DNA of 64,000 bases, taken from positions 38,322,732-38,386,731 of the forward strand of contig NC_068998.1 of the NCBI RefSeq assembly GCF_001194135.2, written 5' to 3'. Made by a program: the position numbers and the translations under genes. The notes under the pieces are model-generated. The model was given only the letters and a program-made list of their open reading frames with translations, had not been told where the DNA came from and did no database searches. Below are positions 50,191 through 63,426 of the stretch, in pieces (position 1 is the first letter of the stretch; every line of letters starts with the position of its first letter). The DNA comes from Octopus bimaculoides (Eukaryota).

Positions 50191-51689
50191 CTGAGGACAG
50201 AGGAAAATGTTTTAACAGAAACCCAAAAATTTTACACATTTAAAAAAAACATTTACACAATATAGACTAAAATCAAAACGTTTGTTAAATCTTAGAAACC
50301 CAACTAGCAAAATGTTTTCCAACTTTCGATCATTTATTTATCTTTATAGATAATATTTATGTTAAAATATTTACAAAGTAATATTTTACAATAATATTTT
50401 AACCAAGACAGTGCAGAGAAATACATATTGGAATATGGGACTGAAAATGTTGATACATGCAAACATTTCAAAAATTCCTTGAAATTGTTCAAGAGCAGTT
50501 ACTAGCACCGTCCTATGGAAATTAAACACTATCAAACTCAACAATAGACATTACTTGGGACAAAATATTAACACCATAGCTACAAACCATCATGCAGTAT
50601 GGCTACTCTAAGCCATACCCACCACCACTGGCCCATCCTGTAAAACTGCCATCAAGGAAGACCTATATATATTATTTAGAACTTATAGTTTCATTTCAAC
50701 ATAATATTAGAACTTCGATTGGAATAGTGTTGATATATTTTCGATTATTTTTGATTAATATTATTTGATTAATTATTAATCTTTATAGTTTATAATATCG
50801 TTAAAGTTTTTTTAAAATCAAAACTTTGTATATATATATATAAAGTTTAACCTTTTATTCTTAATAATTTTTTCTTTCCTAATTTTTTCATTCATAATTT
50901 TTTCCATTCATAATTTTTTCATTCATATTTTTTATTATTACGTTTGTAGAAATAAATAATCTTGTATTTTTCTATTATTCAATTGATCTTTNNNNNNNNN
51001 NNNNNNNNNNNNNNNNNNNNNNNNNNNNNNNNNNNNNNNNNNNNNNNNNNNNNNNNNNNNNNNNNNNNNNNNNNNNNNNNNNNNNNNNNNNNNNNNNNNN
51101 NNNNNNNNNNNNNNNNNNNNNNNNNNNNNNNNNNNNNNNNNNNNNNNNNNNNNNNNNNNNNNNNNNNNNNNNNNNNNNNNNNNNNNNNNNNNNNNNNNNN
51201 NNNNNNNNNNNNNNNNNNNNNNNNNNNNNNNNNNNNNNNNNNNNNNNNNNNNNNNNNNNNNNNNNNNNNNNNNNNNNNNNNNNNNNNNNNNNNNNNNNNN
51301 NNNNNNNNNNNNNNNNNNNNNNNNNNNNNNNNNNNNNNNNNNNNNNNNNNNNNNNNNNNNNNNNNNNNNNNNNNNNNNNNNNNNNNNNNNNNNNNNNNNN
51401 NNNNNNNNNNNNNNNNNNNNNNNNNNNNNNNNNNNNNNNNNNNNNNNNNNNNNNNNNNNNNNNNNNNNNNNNNNNNNNNNNNNNNNNNNNNNNNNNNNNN
51501 NNNNNNNNNNNNNNNNNNNNNNNNNNNNNNNNNNNNNNNNNNNNNNNNNNNNNNNNNNNNNNNNNNNNNNNNNNNNNNNNNNNNNNNNNNNNNNNNNNNN
51601 NNNNNNNNNNNNNNNNNNNNNNNNNNNNNNNNNNNNNNNNNNNNNNNNNNNNNNNNNNNNNNNNNNNNNNNNNNNNNNNNNNNNNNNNN

Positions 51690-51730
<41 letters not shown>

Positions 51731-51850
51731 TAATTGCATTCAGACTTTAATCTTTGTGTGAAATAAAACAAATTTTAAGATTATAATTTTCTTGAAACCA
51801 AATTGCCCAATAATTCCTTACTTTTACACTAAATCACAATTAATAAGCCA

Positions 51851-52071
51851 TTAACATTTAAACAGGCCATATCAACCCCCAAATTTTCTAGCTGTTTTAT
51901 GTTCAAACCAGCTAGATCTGGCCTCTCAAACCTGCTCTAAAATGTCATTCTTAAAATAAACAATCTTAACATTGGAATTTTGAAGCTACAGGATAATAAA
52001 TGATTAATTCAAGACAATGTGAATAAATAAGCATTATATATGACAGAAGAATCTGAATGCTAAAGAGTTAA
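51851..52071. mobile_element. MITE
   Basis: ...gtgaataaataagcatta...aatctgaatgctaaagagttaa. Confidence 0.75.
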
Positions 52072-53659
52072 AGCAAGACTCTATTCTGTAGCTTATGGCC
52101 AACATAGCTACAGAGACCGAAGAACTTATATCCAAACTTGAAGCAGTGAACTCAGGTATCCAATCTTCTTGGAATATTGCTAAATTCTTTCCTGCGAGTC
52201 ACCCCTCTTAAATAAGCAAAATCCTTCAAACCTGAAGAATGCCTTGAGTAAATTTGAATCTATCCCGTTTTTACTGGTTTCAAACCAGTTCAATTCCTTT
52301 TTATGATTTTCTAGGAAGGGAAGTGGTTTTAAAACTATTTCAAGTTTAGAGACATTAAGGAATTTCAACTGGGTTGTATATAGGATTACCCTATGAGTGT
52401 TTGTCCAACTAACCAACTATGAAACTAAGTTTCTGCAGCATAACTTCAGCTCCAGCAAAGTGCTTGTAAATAAAGTTATTTACAAACTTTTTGTCTTTCA
52501 AATGTTAAGTAATAAATATTTATGCACCTACTAGTCAAAGATTCTATTTAAATCTACAAACATTATTAGCACAAAACTCATCTTATATTTTTTAGTTCCT
52601 TGCATTAAAGCATTTACAATACACTTTAGAAATAGTAGTTACAATGGTAACTGCTGGCATTATGTTCAGGTATCAACAAATACATCTGATTAAGTAAGAA
52701 ATTGTATGATTTATATTAACTAGATATTTCAGAAGTTCCTAATTAAGTAAATAAAAGAACAATGAACTAAAGCAGATGGAGTCTTAGGATTTAAAATCTT
52801 CAGAAAAGATACTTCTTATATTAAATGTAGAGAAAACTATGTTTAAAAGAATGTACAAATAAAGCTTGACAAAAATAAAGAAATCCAAAGATATTGACAT
52901 AAAAAAAAGACAATTTATACAGTATCAGTACATTCCATGCAGAAATTGTCAAAATCATTCAACAGCTTTCCATTAAGATAATAATAATAATAATAATGTC
53001 ACAAAATGCATGCAGTTTTTTGAATTCTGACAACTTCTCTCTTTACTAAAACAAGCAAAGGTTTGTATACTGCAATAAATCAAATAATGCAATGCTATAA
53101 ATGTAGAGAACAAAATCCAGAAGAGAATGAAGCTGATAAAACAGTACAAGAAAATAAGTGGAATTTGTACATGTACCTTGCACTAACAAGAGAGCACACA
53201 TAATGCTGCATATGGTAAAATCTTAAAGGAACTAACAGCCCCACACTAAACTGGGACACTGCTGCAGCATGAGTTAACTCTAGATAACCATCATCATGAA
53301 ATATAGACTTATTTATATACTGGAAGAGCTTAGATGAATTTGTAATACAATACACTCATTCATCTTGGTTCAGCACTAACTCAATCCCTGAAAACCTAAA
53401 TTCTCAGATTTGAAAACAAAAACTACTTTCCTTCTCCTGCTTGGCTCACCTACACTAGGTACCATTAACAATTAATGAACACATTCACGTTGTGCATATA
53501 TTTTACATCCAGTTGTAGCACTTAGTTGAACAACTAAGTGTAAAACAGCTCTGTCTGTAGAATCATATATTTAGACACTGAAGATTTTGTTTTGAAATAA
53601 TATAGGGGAGCTTAATATTTTTATATTGAACAGAGATTTCTCGCGAGATTTCATTTTAT

Positions 53660-53720
53660 AAAGGCGGTGCTCCAGCACTGCTGCAGTCAAATGACTGAAA
53701 CAAGTAAAAGAGTAAAAGAG
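53660..53720 (+). mobile_element. SINE family A 3' tail
   Basis: aaaggcggtgctccagcactgctgcagtcaaatgactgaaacaagtaaaagagtaaaagag. Confidence 0.8.
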
Positions 53721-55187
53721 ATTTTGTACATTTTCTAAGGGATAAACTAATAACTTCAGGAATGTGACTTCCCAAACAACTGGGGAAAATATTTTAGAAA
53801 CACTATAGGAAGAAGGCCTGTTTAATATAGTTTGGAGCAGTATCAATCATAAAAGATTTTTGTTGTTGTTCCAGTTTTAAAATACAGACATTTTTCATTG
53901 CTTTTATGTGTATGTCTATATTATGTCAATAATTAACAGCATAAATTTTAACAGTAGTTTACTGAAACATAAGTTACAGATTCAACAATATCAACTGTAA
54001 CAAACTGTTGATAAAGCAATGCCACAAACAGTTGATGGAAAACATGAACAATATCCATGAATAAAGACAAAGGAAAAGAAAAGCAGCAGCTGCAATTCCA
54101 GACAAGAAACATGCATTACAAAATATATGAAGAATATTAAAACACATTTCCAATACTTCAGAGGAATTTCCGACATCTTTAAAACATCAAACGTGAATAT
54201 ATGGAGCACAAACAACTTTAAATTATTTGAGTTTATTATTCACTAGTTTAATTAGTAAGCAAACAAACTGAACATTTTCATAACAAGCTATCATGTTAAA
54301 AATCTATACAGACAAAAAGGTACACAACAAAAGCAAAATTTATAATAATGTACAGATTGAGTAAATTTTAATGTTTGAATTTTTGAGAAAAAAATGGCAG
54401 AGAATAATTCATAGATGACAACCAATAGTGGATATAGTTTGAATATTTATTTACAATTTACATTGCTAAGAGGCTAATTCTGTCACATACATATAAAGCT
54501 TAAGTTTTTACTAATGAAGTTTGCTTTATAAGATACACACACAATCATTACTTTATGTCCAATTTCCATGCTGACAACATTTGGAAGGCTCAAGACAATC
54601 CAAGCCTATACTTATCTGAAGTTACTAGAGAACTGGCCTCTTGTACACCATTTATGGCTTAATTCCGACGGTGGTGCCGAGTGCATTTTATTATAACACC
54701 AGCACTAGAGAGGTTGTCATGTATACAGAGTAAAAGAAGAGTCTTATGCCATACTGACACCAATTTCATTGAGTAAAAAAAGAACCACCAGTGGGACAAC
54801 CTTGCATCTCTTGAGATTATAGTTATTTCATAATTCATATTTATATTCACTGAGGGAAAGGTCACTGCGAATGGTGAATGGAACCAGGATGGAAGAGCCG
54901 GGGTAATAGAAATGATGGCGGACAGAAAGGGTGGTAGAAGCAAAAAGAGATAGAGGGGGATAGCAATAGATAAATGATAACTTTTTCATTGATGGGACTT
55001 CACAAGTCACACAAGGGCAACAGGGGAGGATCATGGCAGTTAAAACAAGGGAAATGGTAGACTGACATACAAGCAAAACTTAGAGTCAGACATACACAAT
55101 GTACACACATGCACACACATAAACACACTTATACAGATACATGTGTGTGTGTGTGTGTATGGATATATGCGAGATATATATATATAA

Positions 55188-55322
55188 AACAGGCTTCTTT
55201 CAGTTTCTGCCTACCAAATCCACTCGCAAGGCTTTGATTGACCCAAGGCTACAGCAGAAGACACTTGCTCAAGGTGCCACACAGTAGGACTGAACCCAGA
55301 ACCATGTGGTTGGGAAACAAAC
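55188..55322 (-). mobile_element. SINE family A, 5' half
   Basis: ggcttctttcagtttctgcctaccaaatccactc...cacttgctcaaggtgccacacagtaggactgaacccagaaccatgtggttgg. Confidence 0.85.
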
Positions 55323-55449
55323 AAATACATACAAACATATATACACATATACAAGTGGATACATGTGTATGCATATATATATATATATATTTATATGCTC
55401 AAACACACCCACATATGTATATACACATATAGACATGTACAGACATAAA

Positions 55450-55728
55450 AGTACGTTGTGTGTTTGTGAGTGCCCCTGGACTGGCTCTTGTGCGGGTGGC
55501 ACATAAAAGACACCATTTCGAGTGTGGCCGTTTTCGTGCGGGTGACACGTAAAAGCACCCACTACACTCTCTGAGTTGTTGGCGTTAGGAAGGGCATCCA
55601 GCCGTAGAAACTCTGCCAAATTAGATTGGAGCCTGGTGCTGCCATCCGGTTTCACCAGTCCTCAGTCAAATCGTCCAACCCATGCTAGCATGGAAAGCGG
55701 ACGTTAAACGATGATGATGATGATGATG
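55450..55728 (+). mobile_element. Young-looking 5'-truncated RTE 3' end with (GAT)n tail
   Basis: Same terminus as 56770-56973 (GGAAGGGCATCCAGCCGTAGAAAC...CATGGAAAGCGGACGTTAAACGATGATGATG); retains many CpGs. Confidence 0.8.
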
Positions 55729-56973
55729 AAGGTTGTCCTTGGGAGCTCCTCTATGCTGATGACCTTGTCCTTATAGCTGAATCACCGTCGGAGTTAGAGA
55801 GGAAACTTCAGGTGTGGAGCAAAGTCTGGAATCTTAGAGTTAATTTAGCAAAGACCAAAGTCCTAGTAAGCAGGAAAGCAGACAAATTTACTAATCTCTT
55901 CAGGAGGATGGCCTTACTGAATATGTAGAAAAAGTGTTAGTAGGAACTTCATAGTGTACTCAGTACAAGTTGTGGACACAAGAGGTGCAGTGGAATCCCA
56001 GGAAGGTTAACAGAGAAAGTAAATGATTTAAGAGAAAAATTGGCTATAGCAAGCATCAGATGTAGTGTGCAAGAGAGAAAACTGTGCTGGGATGGTCATG
56101 TGATGCATACGGACAAGGACAGCTTCATAAAGAAGTGGCAATCTCTAATTGTAGAGGAGGCCTGTGGAAGGGGTAGATCCAGGAAGACATGGGGCGAAGT
56201 GGTGGTTAAGCCTCACAGAAGACCAAGGTTTCTATTGATTTGCTGTGCTTGAGAAGACAGTGAGCTAAGTAAAGTTATAGTAATGCATATGAACATGTTC
56301 TTTACATCCATGCCCCCCCCCCACCTCACANNNNNNNNNNATCTCTACAACCCGATTTCCCAACATATATCCATCCCACTACTCATGATCACTCACTGTA
56401 GACTTCTCCATTCTCCCCCACATGCCTATCTGCACTCACTGCCTGCTCTAACATATCTACCATACTCCCAGCCATTCCATTTTCTCTCACCATCACTCCT
56501 TACAGACATGTCTCCACAAAACATTACCCCCTCCCATCCTAATGGAACATACCCCTCCATACTACTTATATTCACCACCCACACTGTTCCCTGTAGATAG
56601 GCCCTAATACAGCACCATCATCATCTACTTTTTCCTCTCTCTTATTCTGTCAGTCTTTCTCTAACTTTTCCCTGTCCTACAGGGTTAGCCAAGTATCCTC
56701 TCTATAGTAAGACAACTTTTACATCCTAACCTCCCTCAGTTTCACTCCTTCACTCAGCCGAGAGGTCTTTGTTTCACAAGCTACTTGGCAACTCTGCTGG
56801 TGCTATGTAAAAAGAACTCAATACACTGAGTGGTTGTGCATTAGGAAAGGCATACAGCCACAGAAACCATGCCAAAACGGAAAAACGGAGTTTGGTGTAA
56901 GCTCTCCAGCTCCTGTTGAACCAACCAACCCATGCCAGCATGGAAAATGGACATTAAATGATGATGCTATCAT
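55729..56973 (+). mobile_element. RTE-clade LINE, 3' fragment (RT C-terminus, 3' UTR, (GAT)n tail)
   Basis: GCPWELLYADDLVLIAES..LRVNLAKTKVLVS, then LCWDGHVM...GRGRSRKTW (ORF 56040..56252), then a UTR ending CCAACCCATGCCAGCATGGAAAATGGACATTAAATGATGATG. Confidence 0.85.
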
Positions 56974-57024
56974 CAGATACAGATAATTACTGTTATAAAT
57001 AACTTCATATGTATATATGCATTG

Positions 57025-57201
57025 TGCTGCTGCCATGAGAAAGCACTCAGTCCACTCGGTAAGGTGGTTGGTGTTAAAAAGGGCATCCAGCCATAAAAGG
57101 CATACCAAAACAGATAGTGAAGCCTGGTGCAGTCTTCTGCCTAGCCAGCTCCTGCCGAACCATCCAACCCATGCCAGCATGGAAAATGGACATTAAATGA
57201 T
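57025..57201 (+). mobile_element. 5'-truncated RTE 3' end
   Basis: AAAAGGGCATCCAGCC...CCAACCCATGCCAGCATGGAAAATGGACATTAAATGA. Confidence 0.8.
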
Positions 57202-57380
<179 letters not shown>

Positions 57381-57689
57381 AGAAATACTCCACTTTACAA
57401 GAGTATTGGGTTTCTACAGATCATTTTGAAAATAAAGAAAAGCAACAGAACTACTTTTATGTATGGAAGTAATAATAATAATAATAATAATATACAGTAG
57501 TAAAGTATGTATACATAAAAACATGTTTTACTTTTCATTAGGGAATAAATAATAATCAAAATATCATTATAGGGTACATTCTTTCCACAAAAGCATGTTG
57601 ACTACAGTGTGGGGGATGATGGTGGTAGAGTGAGTTTCTATGAGGATGAGAAATCTCATCTTGTATCTTATAGTTCATCACTATCAACA

Positions 57690-59230
57690 TTTCTTTGAAG
57701 GTCAAGAACTTGTCCAAAATTATTTGGTGTTTATGGTGCATTGGAACTGAGCTCATTGTAATTTCCTCTCGTAATTTTTTCATGTTATGTCACAATTAGA
57801 GTTGTTATCAGCAAATACTTGCAGATCTTCCATTTTTAAGTGCCAGTCGTTTAGCAGTATTCTTCCAAGTCAATTTGAGTGGATTTGGTAGAATTTCCAT
57901 ATTCTCATAGGTATTGTCTGGTCCCAACTGCATCAGATCATTATTTGATTAAATTCTCTCGCTGGGACCACTAGCAACTCAACTACATTATCATCTTGAC
58001 TTCTTCAAACCCAACATCATTTGCAAGTGTCAATATATTTTCAAATTAGATGTAGACTTTCTGCTTATAGAAAACAGCCATATACTTTTCAAAGCTGAGG
58101 GTTTCAGTTATCTCATGACTTAGCAATGTTATCCACAGAATCCATTATGCTGAATTTCTTCCAGAAGTCTTTAACTGTAAGTTAACCCATCCTACCAAAT
58201 GCTTATTGAAGTTACTTAAGTTTTTCTCAGATAAATATTGAAGTTAGTTATCACACTTTGATCCACTGGCTGGAGCAAAGATGATGTATTCTTAAGGATA
58301 TATTCCACTATCACGTTATCAGAAAGCTCATTTAAGTTCAGAGAAGCATGGTGCATTACCTAAAAGTAATGCTTGGTTGGAAATATTGTGCTTGGCGCTT
58401 TATCTTTCTACAAGAAGGACAAAAAAATCTTTGTATACTACTCTTCAAAAAAGGTTCCTAGTCACCTATACCTTATTTCAAACAGCAAATTAGAGGCAAA
58501 TTAAATTTTGCATATCTCTTGAAAACCCTTGGATTTTCAGATAAGAAGTTTTAATTTCATATCACCAGTGGCATTTCCTCCCAAAAGAAGTATCAGAAAA
58601 CTTGTGGAAGCTTCAAAAACCAGGTATTAGTTTTTTTCTTCTTAGAAAATAAAAGTTCTACTAGCAGAAAAGTGCAAGTTCATTAACATTGCATAGTAGC
58701 TCTGATAAGTACCTCTCTCCCACAACCATTTTTTCACCTGCTCAGTCAGGATAATTAGTAGCTACCTTTGTATCAGCACTGGAAGCTTCAACAGTCATTT
58801 TTAGGCTGTGCAAATTTCAAGAGCTTCTTCAATTTTTCAAACCAGCTTTTACTACCCAAAACTTTTTCATCAGATTTAGATATTTCACATTCTATTTTCA
58901 GCACTCTTAGTAACCAGTGTGTATCGGAATAATGCATTTCAGTCAGACCCTCAATCCATGCACCAAAAAGCAATCCCAATTTAAGCCAAAGAGTACACTA
59001 GATTTATAACAAAATAAGGCCCAGGCAGTTAAGAGAGTCACTTGAGTACTTAATTTCCTCTCTAGTCTCTCACATTATTCTCACAGTAAACATTGCAAGC
59101 ATTAATGTCTTCACAATGTGGTGGATGTCTTTCCCTCCTGTAAAAAGCCCTTTTAAAACATCTAGTTTAATATTCAATGCAATCCTTTTAAGGTTCTTTT
59201 TTATCGCTCCTTTCAGTTTCACTTGATTGT
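57690..59230 (-). mobile_element. Decayed Tigger/pogo-family transposase spanning most of its length (frameshifts and stops)
   Basis: Motifs in the expected order: IALNIKLDVLK, LLFGAWIEGL and SKSWFEKLKK (CENP-B HTH; ORF 58788..58979), SADTK, LLLGGNATGDMKLK, LLLGNAPC, KNTSSLLQPVDQSVITNF, FWKKFSIMDSVDNIAKS, QIILDKF. TIRs not located. Confidence 0.88.
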
Positions 59231-59802
59231 GTCTTTCCACACATCGGGGATTACCAGTATATCTAAGAGCAGTAGTAGTAGTAGCAATCGTCAGCTATCC
59301 ACAAGAAATATGCAGCAAAAGAATAGTATCAGCAAAGAACTATTTTCTGAGTGCAAAAAAATGGAAATGGTAAGATGAATAGGTGAAGGAGTGAAGCACG
59401 AGGGAATACTACAAGATTACAATTAGTTGAACGGTTACCATGTTCAAGGCCACTTCACTCTACCACATGACTTAACTCATAAAAACTACGTGCACACACA
59501 CACACATAATGGAGTTGACATAAACTTCACTGACACTGATATTCATTTGTGGTAAGACATTTCATTCAAGATTCAAAATACAGCATCTCATGTAAGTGTT
59601 ATTTTCATTCCCACTGGTATTGTCACAAGCATGGTAGATGGCTGATGACAATATTAGTACTGTGGCATGGAGATTTACATACATGCAGTACATACGGATA
59701 CTAAATTCCACACAAAAAAAAACTATATCGAAACAGAATTCTTTAAAGTAAGAGATACGCCCTATGTATGTGTGTAGAGGTAGAGGTATGGATATAAGTG
59801 CA

Positions 59803-59997
59803 AGTGCAGCAAGCAGCTTCTTACCCATCCACACGGTTCTGGGTTCAAGTCCCACAGCATGACATCTTGGGCAAATGTCTTTTACACAAACTTTGAAAGT
59901 GGATTTGGTAGATATCTGCTCTCATGTCTCTGTCCATGTTTGTCTCCACGAAAATATAACAACCACTGTTGGTGTGTTCATGTCCCCATAACTTAAT
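59803..59997 (+). mobile_element. SINE family A, 5'/middle part
   Basis: ggttctgggttcaagtcccac...cttgggcaaatgtctt...gtggatttggtaga...tggtgtgttcatgtccccataactta. Confidence 0.75.
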
Positions 59998-60027
59998 ACA
60001 ATCTCAGTACAAATACATGAGTTGGAT

Positions 60028-60029
<2 letters not shown>

Positions 60030-60090
<61 letters not shown>
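60030..60090. repeat. (TA)n, about 30 units
   Basis: Direct reading. Confidence 0.95.
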
Positions 60091-60091
<1 letters not shown>

Positions 60092-60283
60092 TCTTTTACT
60101 TGCTTCAGTCATTTGACTGCTGCCATGTTGGAGCACGGCCTTTAGTCAAGGAAATCGACCCCAGCACTTATTCTTTGTAAGCATAGTACTTATTCTATCA
60201 GTCTCTTTTGCCGAACAGCTAGGTTACGGGGGACGTAAACACACCTGCATTGGCTGTCAAGCAATGTGCAGGGGGTCAAACAC
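60090..60283 (-). mobile_element. SINE family A, 3' half
   Basis: actcttttacttgcttcagtcatttgactgctgccatgttggagcac...ggacgtaaacacacc. Confidence 0.85.
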
Positions 60284-60384
60284 TAAAACTCTGGTTTTTG
60301 CAACATGGACTCTAAGGCCCTTTGATTCTAAACCTTGCTTCCACATCTGAAATCTCTTCTCTAGTTCTAGTAGTGATTATGCTA

Positions 60385-60535
60385 TGAGGACCGGTCATCA
60401 GCACAGAGGAGCTCCCAAGGGCAACCTGTCTTGAATTTCATTGTTATTGCCTGGAGGCCTATGATGAATAGCAGGGCGCTGAGGGCTGATCCTTGGTGGA
60501 CCACCACTTCTAACCGGAATGCTTCACTATACTGA
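60385..60535 (-). mobile_element. RTE-clade RT fragment
   Basis: [42 protein letters not shown] in ORF 60382..60654 (QGS.LS..LF and YADD-like motifs). Confidence 0.88.
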
Positions 60536-60537
60536 AA

Positions 60538-60550
60538 TATGTATATATGG

Positions 60551-60589
<39 letters not shown>

Positions 60590-60649
60590 TACATATATGT
60601 ACATATATACATACATATACACATATATATACATACATATATGTACATG

Positions 60650-60682
<33 letters not shown>

Positions 60683-61165
60683 NNNNNNNNNNNNNNNNNN
60701 NNNNNNNNNNNNNNNNNNNNNNNNNNNNNNNNNNNNNNNNNNNNNNNNNNNNNNNNNNNNNNNNNNNNNNNNNNNNNNNNNNATACACATATATATATAA
60801 TTAATTAATTCAAAAACTGGAGAAAAAGACAAGAAAAACACATGAGAAAGTAGCACATGTAAAGTATTAATAAGATGCTCAGAGAAAGAAAAGAATCCAG
60901 GTGTAGTTACATATGTGTGTGTGTAAATACATATATACAAACACACTTAGATTACATATTATATACTCAGTAACATATACATACATACATGTATATATAT
61001 TACATATTTGATATATATATATATATATATATACAGATATACATATCTATATACACATACATGTGTACATTTTGTATATACACACATACATTATATACAT
61101 ATTTTGTGTGTGTGTATTTATATATATATACACAAATTTATACATTTTAAAGTATNNNNNNNNNN

Positions 61166-61207
<42 letters not shown>

Positions 61208-61325
61208 ATACACATATAAACAGACACACCTGTCAGATATATACATTAAATGGTATACATTCATACATATATATATATACACGCACAGACTTATACACAT
61301 AGAATATAATTACACATGCACACAC
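60538..61325. repeat. Extended (TA)/(CA)-rich low-complexity region with two gaps
   Basis: Direct reading. Confidence 0.9.
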
Positions 61326-63426
61326 AAGAATCTACACTCCTAGGAAAATTGTAATTGTCGGTTCTGAGAACAGCAATGCCATTAGATATTGAGTTATGCC
61401 CCTTGACGGCAAAGGTTGCCACAGCTGGGACTTGTTTCTATTTAATGGTGAAGACCTGGGATCAAAACTTTCATTTAAAACATATGAAGGACACTACCTT
61501 TAATGTATGTAGTCCAAAACAGGTGTTGCATGTGTGTTTGTCTTTGTGTCTGTATGTGTGTGCACGTTTATTGAAACAAAAAAAAAAAAAAAAAAAAAAA
61601 CTCATCTATGATCACGCCATATTTTTCTCTGGTTTGTGTTAGTTTCCCCTACTTATAAAACCTCAATTTCATTCTTGTTTGCAATCAATATGTAGAAAAC
61701 AATATAGTCTTAACACAGTTATCTGCTCTTACTCAATGTCTCAAAAGATACTGATTTTGCATAAGATTGAAGTAAAACAGTAAAGTATAAATTTCAGTGA
61801 TAGAACGCTTAACGGGAAAAATTTTGAAGAAACTGAAACGCATTCATTCAATAACATTTTCCTCCAAGTTTATTTGATTTTGCAGATAAAAACTTTTATT
61901 TGAAAAGTAACTATTTTCCGTTTGAAAACATCTTAAGAGTCATGACCATTCAAATGACAAACAAAACATGAATGAGAAATCCAAGACCTGTAGTATGATA
62001 AACTTATAATGGATTGGCTAGGAAATCAGAAATATGTTTACCATTGTTAAGTAGCACTTAAGGATAACAGCAATCGAATTAAAATACAAATAGGAACGAG
62101 TTTATTTTTTTTTAAAACATAAAGCCGAGATAATAGGAGCACATCTAACACTAACTAAAGACAAAGCATTTGATGACAAACTGAGAAAAGAGAAAACAGC
62201 TGCACAAGGAAAAAGACCAACTATATATATTAAGAGGCATATAAGCTACAAGTACTAGACAACACTTTAAAAGACATGTACAGACTACATTGCAAATAAT
62301 CAGAGTTATATACAACAAACTTCATAATAGACAAATTTCTCAAAAAACAATTTGAAAGGAAATTATAGATTTGAAACAATATTTTAACAGAACTTTTTTG
62401 TTTTTCTTTTTCTTTTTTCATTCAGTTCTACCAGCAATATAAGCAGGGTGAACCAGACATTTCATTCTTTAGCAGAAACAGAAAACTTAGGAAAATTTTG
62501 CTTTTGTTTTTTTTTTTTTTAATTCTCCAGACAAATAGTGAAAAATTTAATTAAAAATGTAATTGAAGTAATCAGCTCTGTGTTGAAGTTTAAGTGGGAG
62601 AGAAATATTGAAACAGAATTTTTATGTTTTATATTTAAGTATTCTCTGTACAAGGAAGAGAAGTTTCTATAGAAAATCTATTTCTTGAAACAAGAAAATT
62701 AACTATTATTGTTAATAAATACAGGCATATGAAAATCCACCACTTTGAAAAGTAGTTTTCTATGAAGAAAAAAAAATGATCTAAAGGAAAAGTTACTTCT
62801 TCAAAATTTCACTTCCCTTTAGAGACATATTACTTCCCTTGAATCAAGATTTGACTTTTACATTTAATGTTGAATAAATATCAATGATAGCAAAGATTGC
62901 AGCCACGAAACATTTTTTTTTACTGCTATGTGAAGAAAGAAGATAAGAATCTATTGTTTCATCAATTTCAAAAATCGACAAATGAAATTGCCAGTTACAA
63001 AAGTGAAAGAATTTTATTAGAAATTTAGACCTAAGTTTTAAAACAAATTAGAAAAGTAGATAAATCTAATTCATGAGTGTATGACCAAGTGCACATGTGT
63101 GGAGAAATATATTATATATATATATATAAAATATATTCACACACATATATAGACAAACATCACACTGAATTAGCATTTGTAAGAAGGGATTAGCTCCACT
63201 TAAGGTGTAAATTGAAATGTGTTTTAAATATTGATGGCAATAAAAACTTCCATGAATTGACTCAAAAATTCCATTTTCCATTAAATTTTACAAGTTTAGA
63301 GAAATTAAATTGATGCAAATGATATTCTCAATAAAAGTATGTAAAAAAAAAAAAAAGCCCATAAATACAGAACAGCCATAAGATACAGATGCCAGACTTG
63401 AATTCGAGTGTAAAACACTCACTTAC

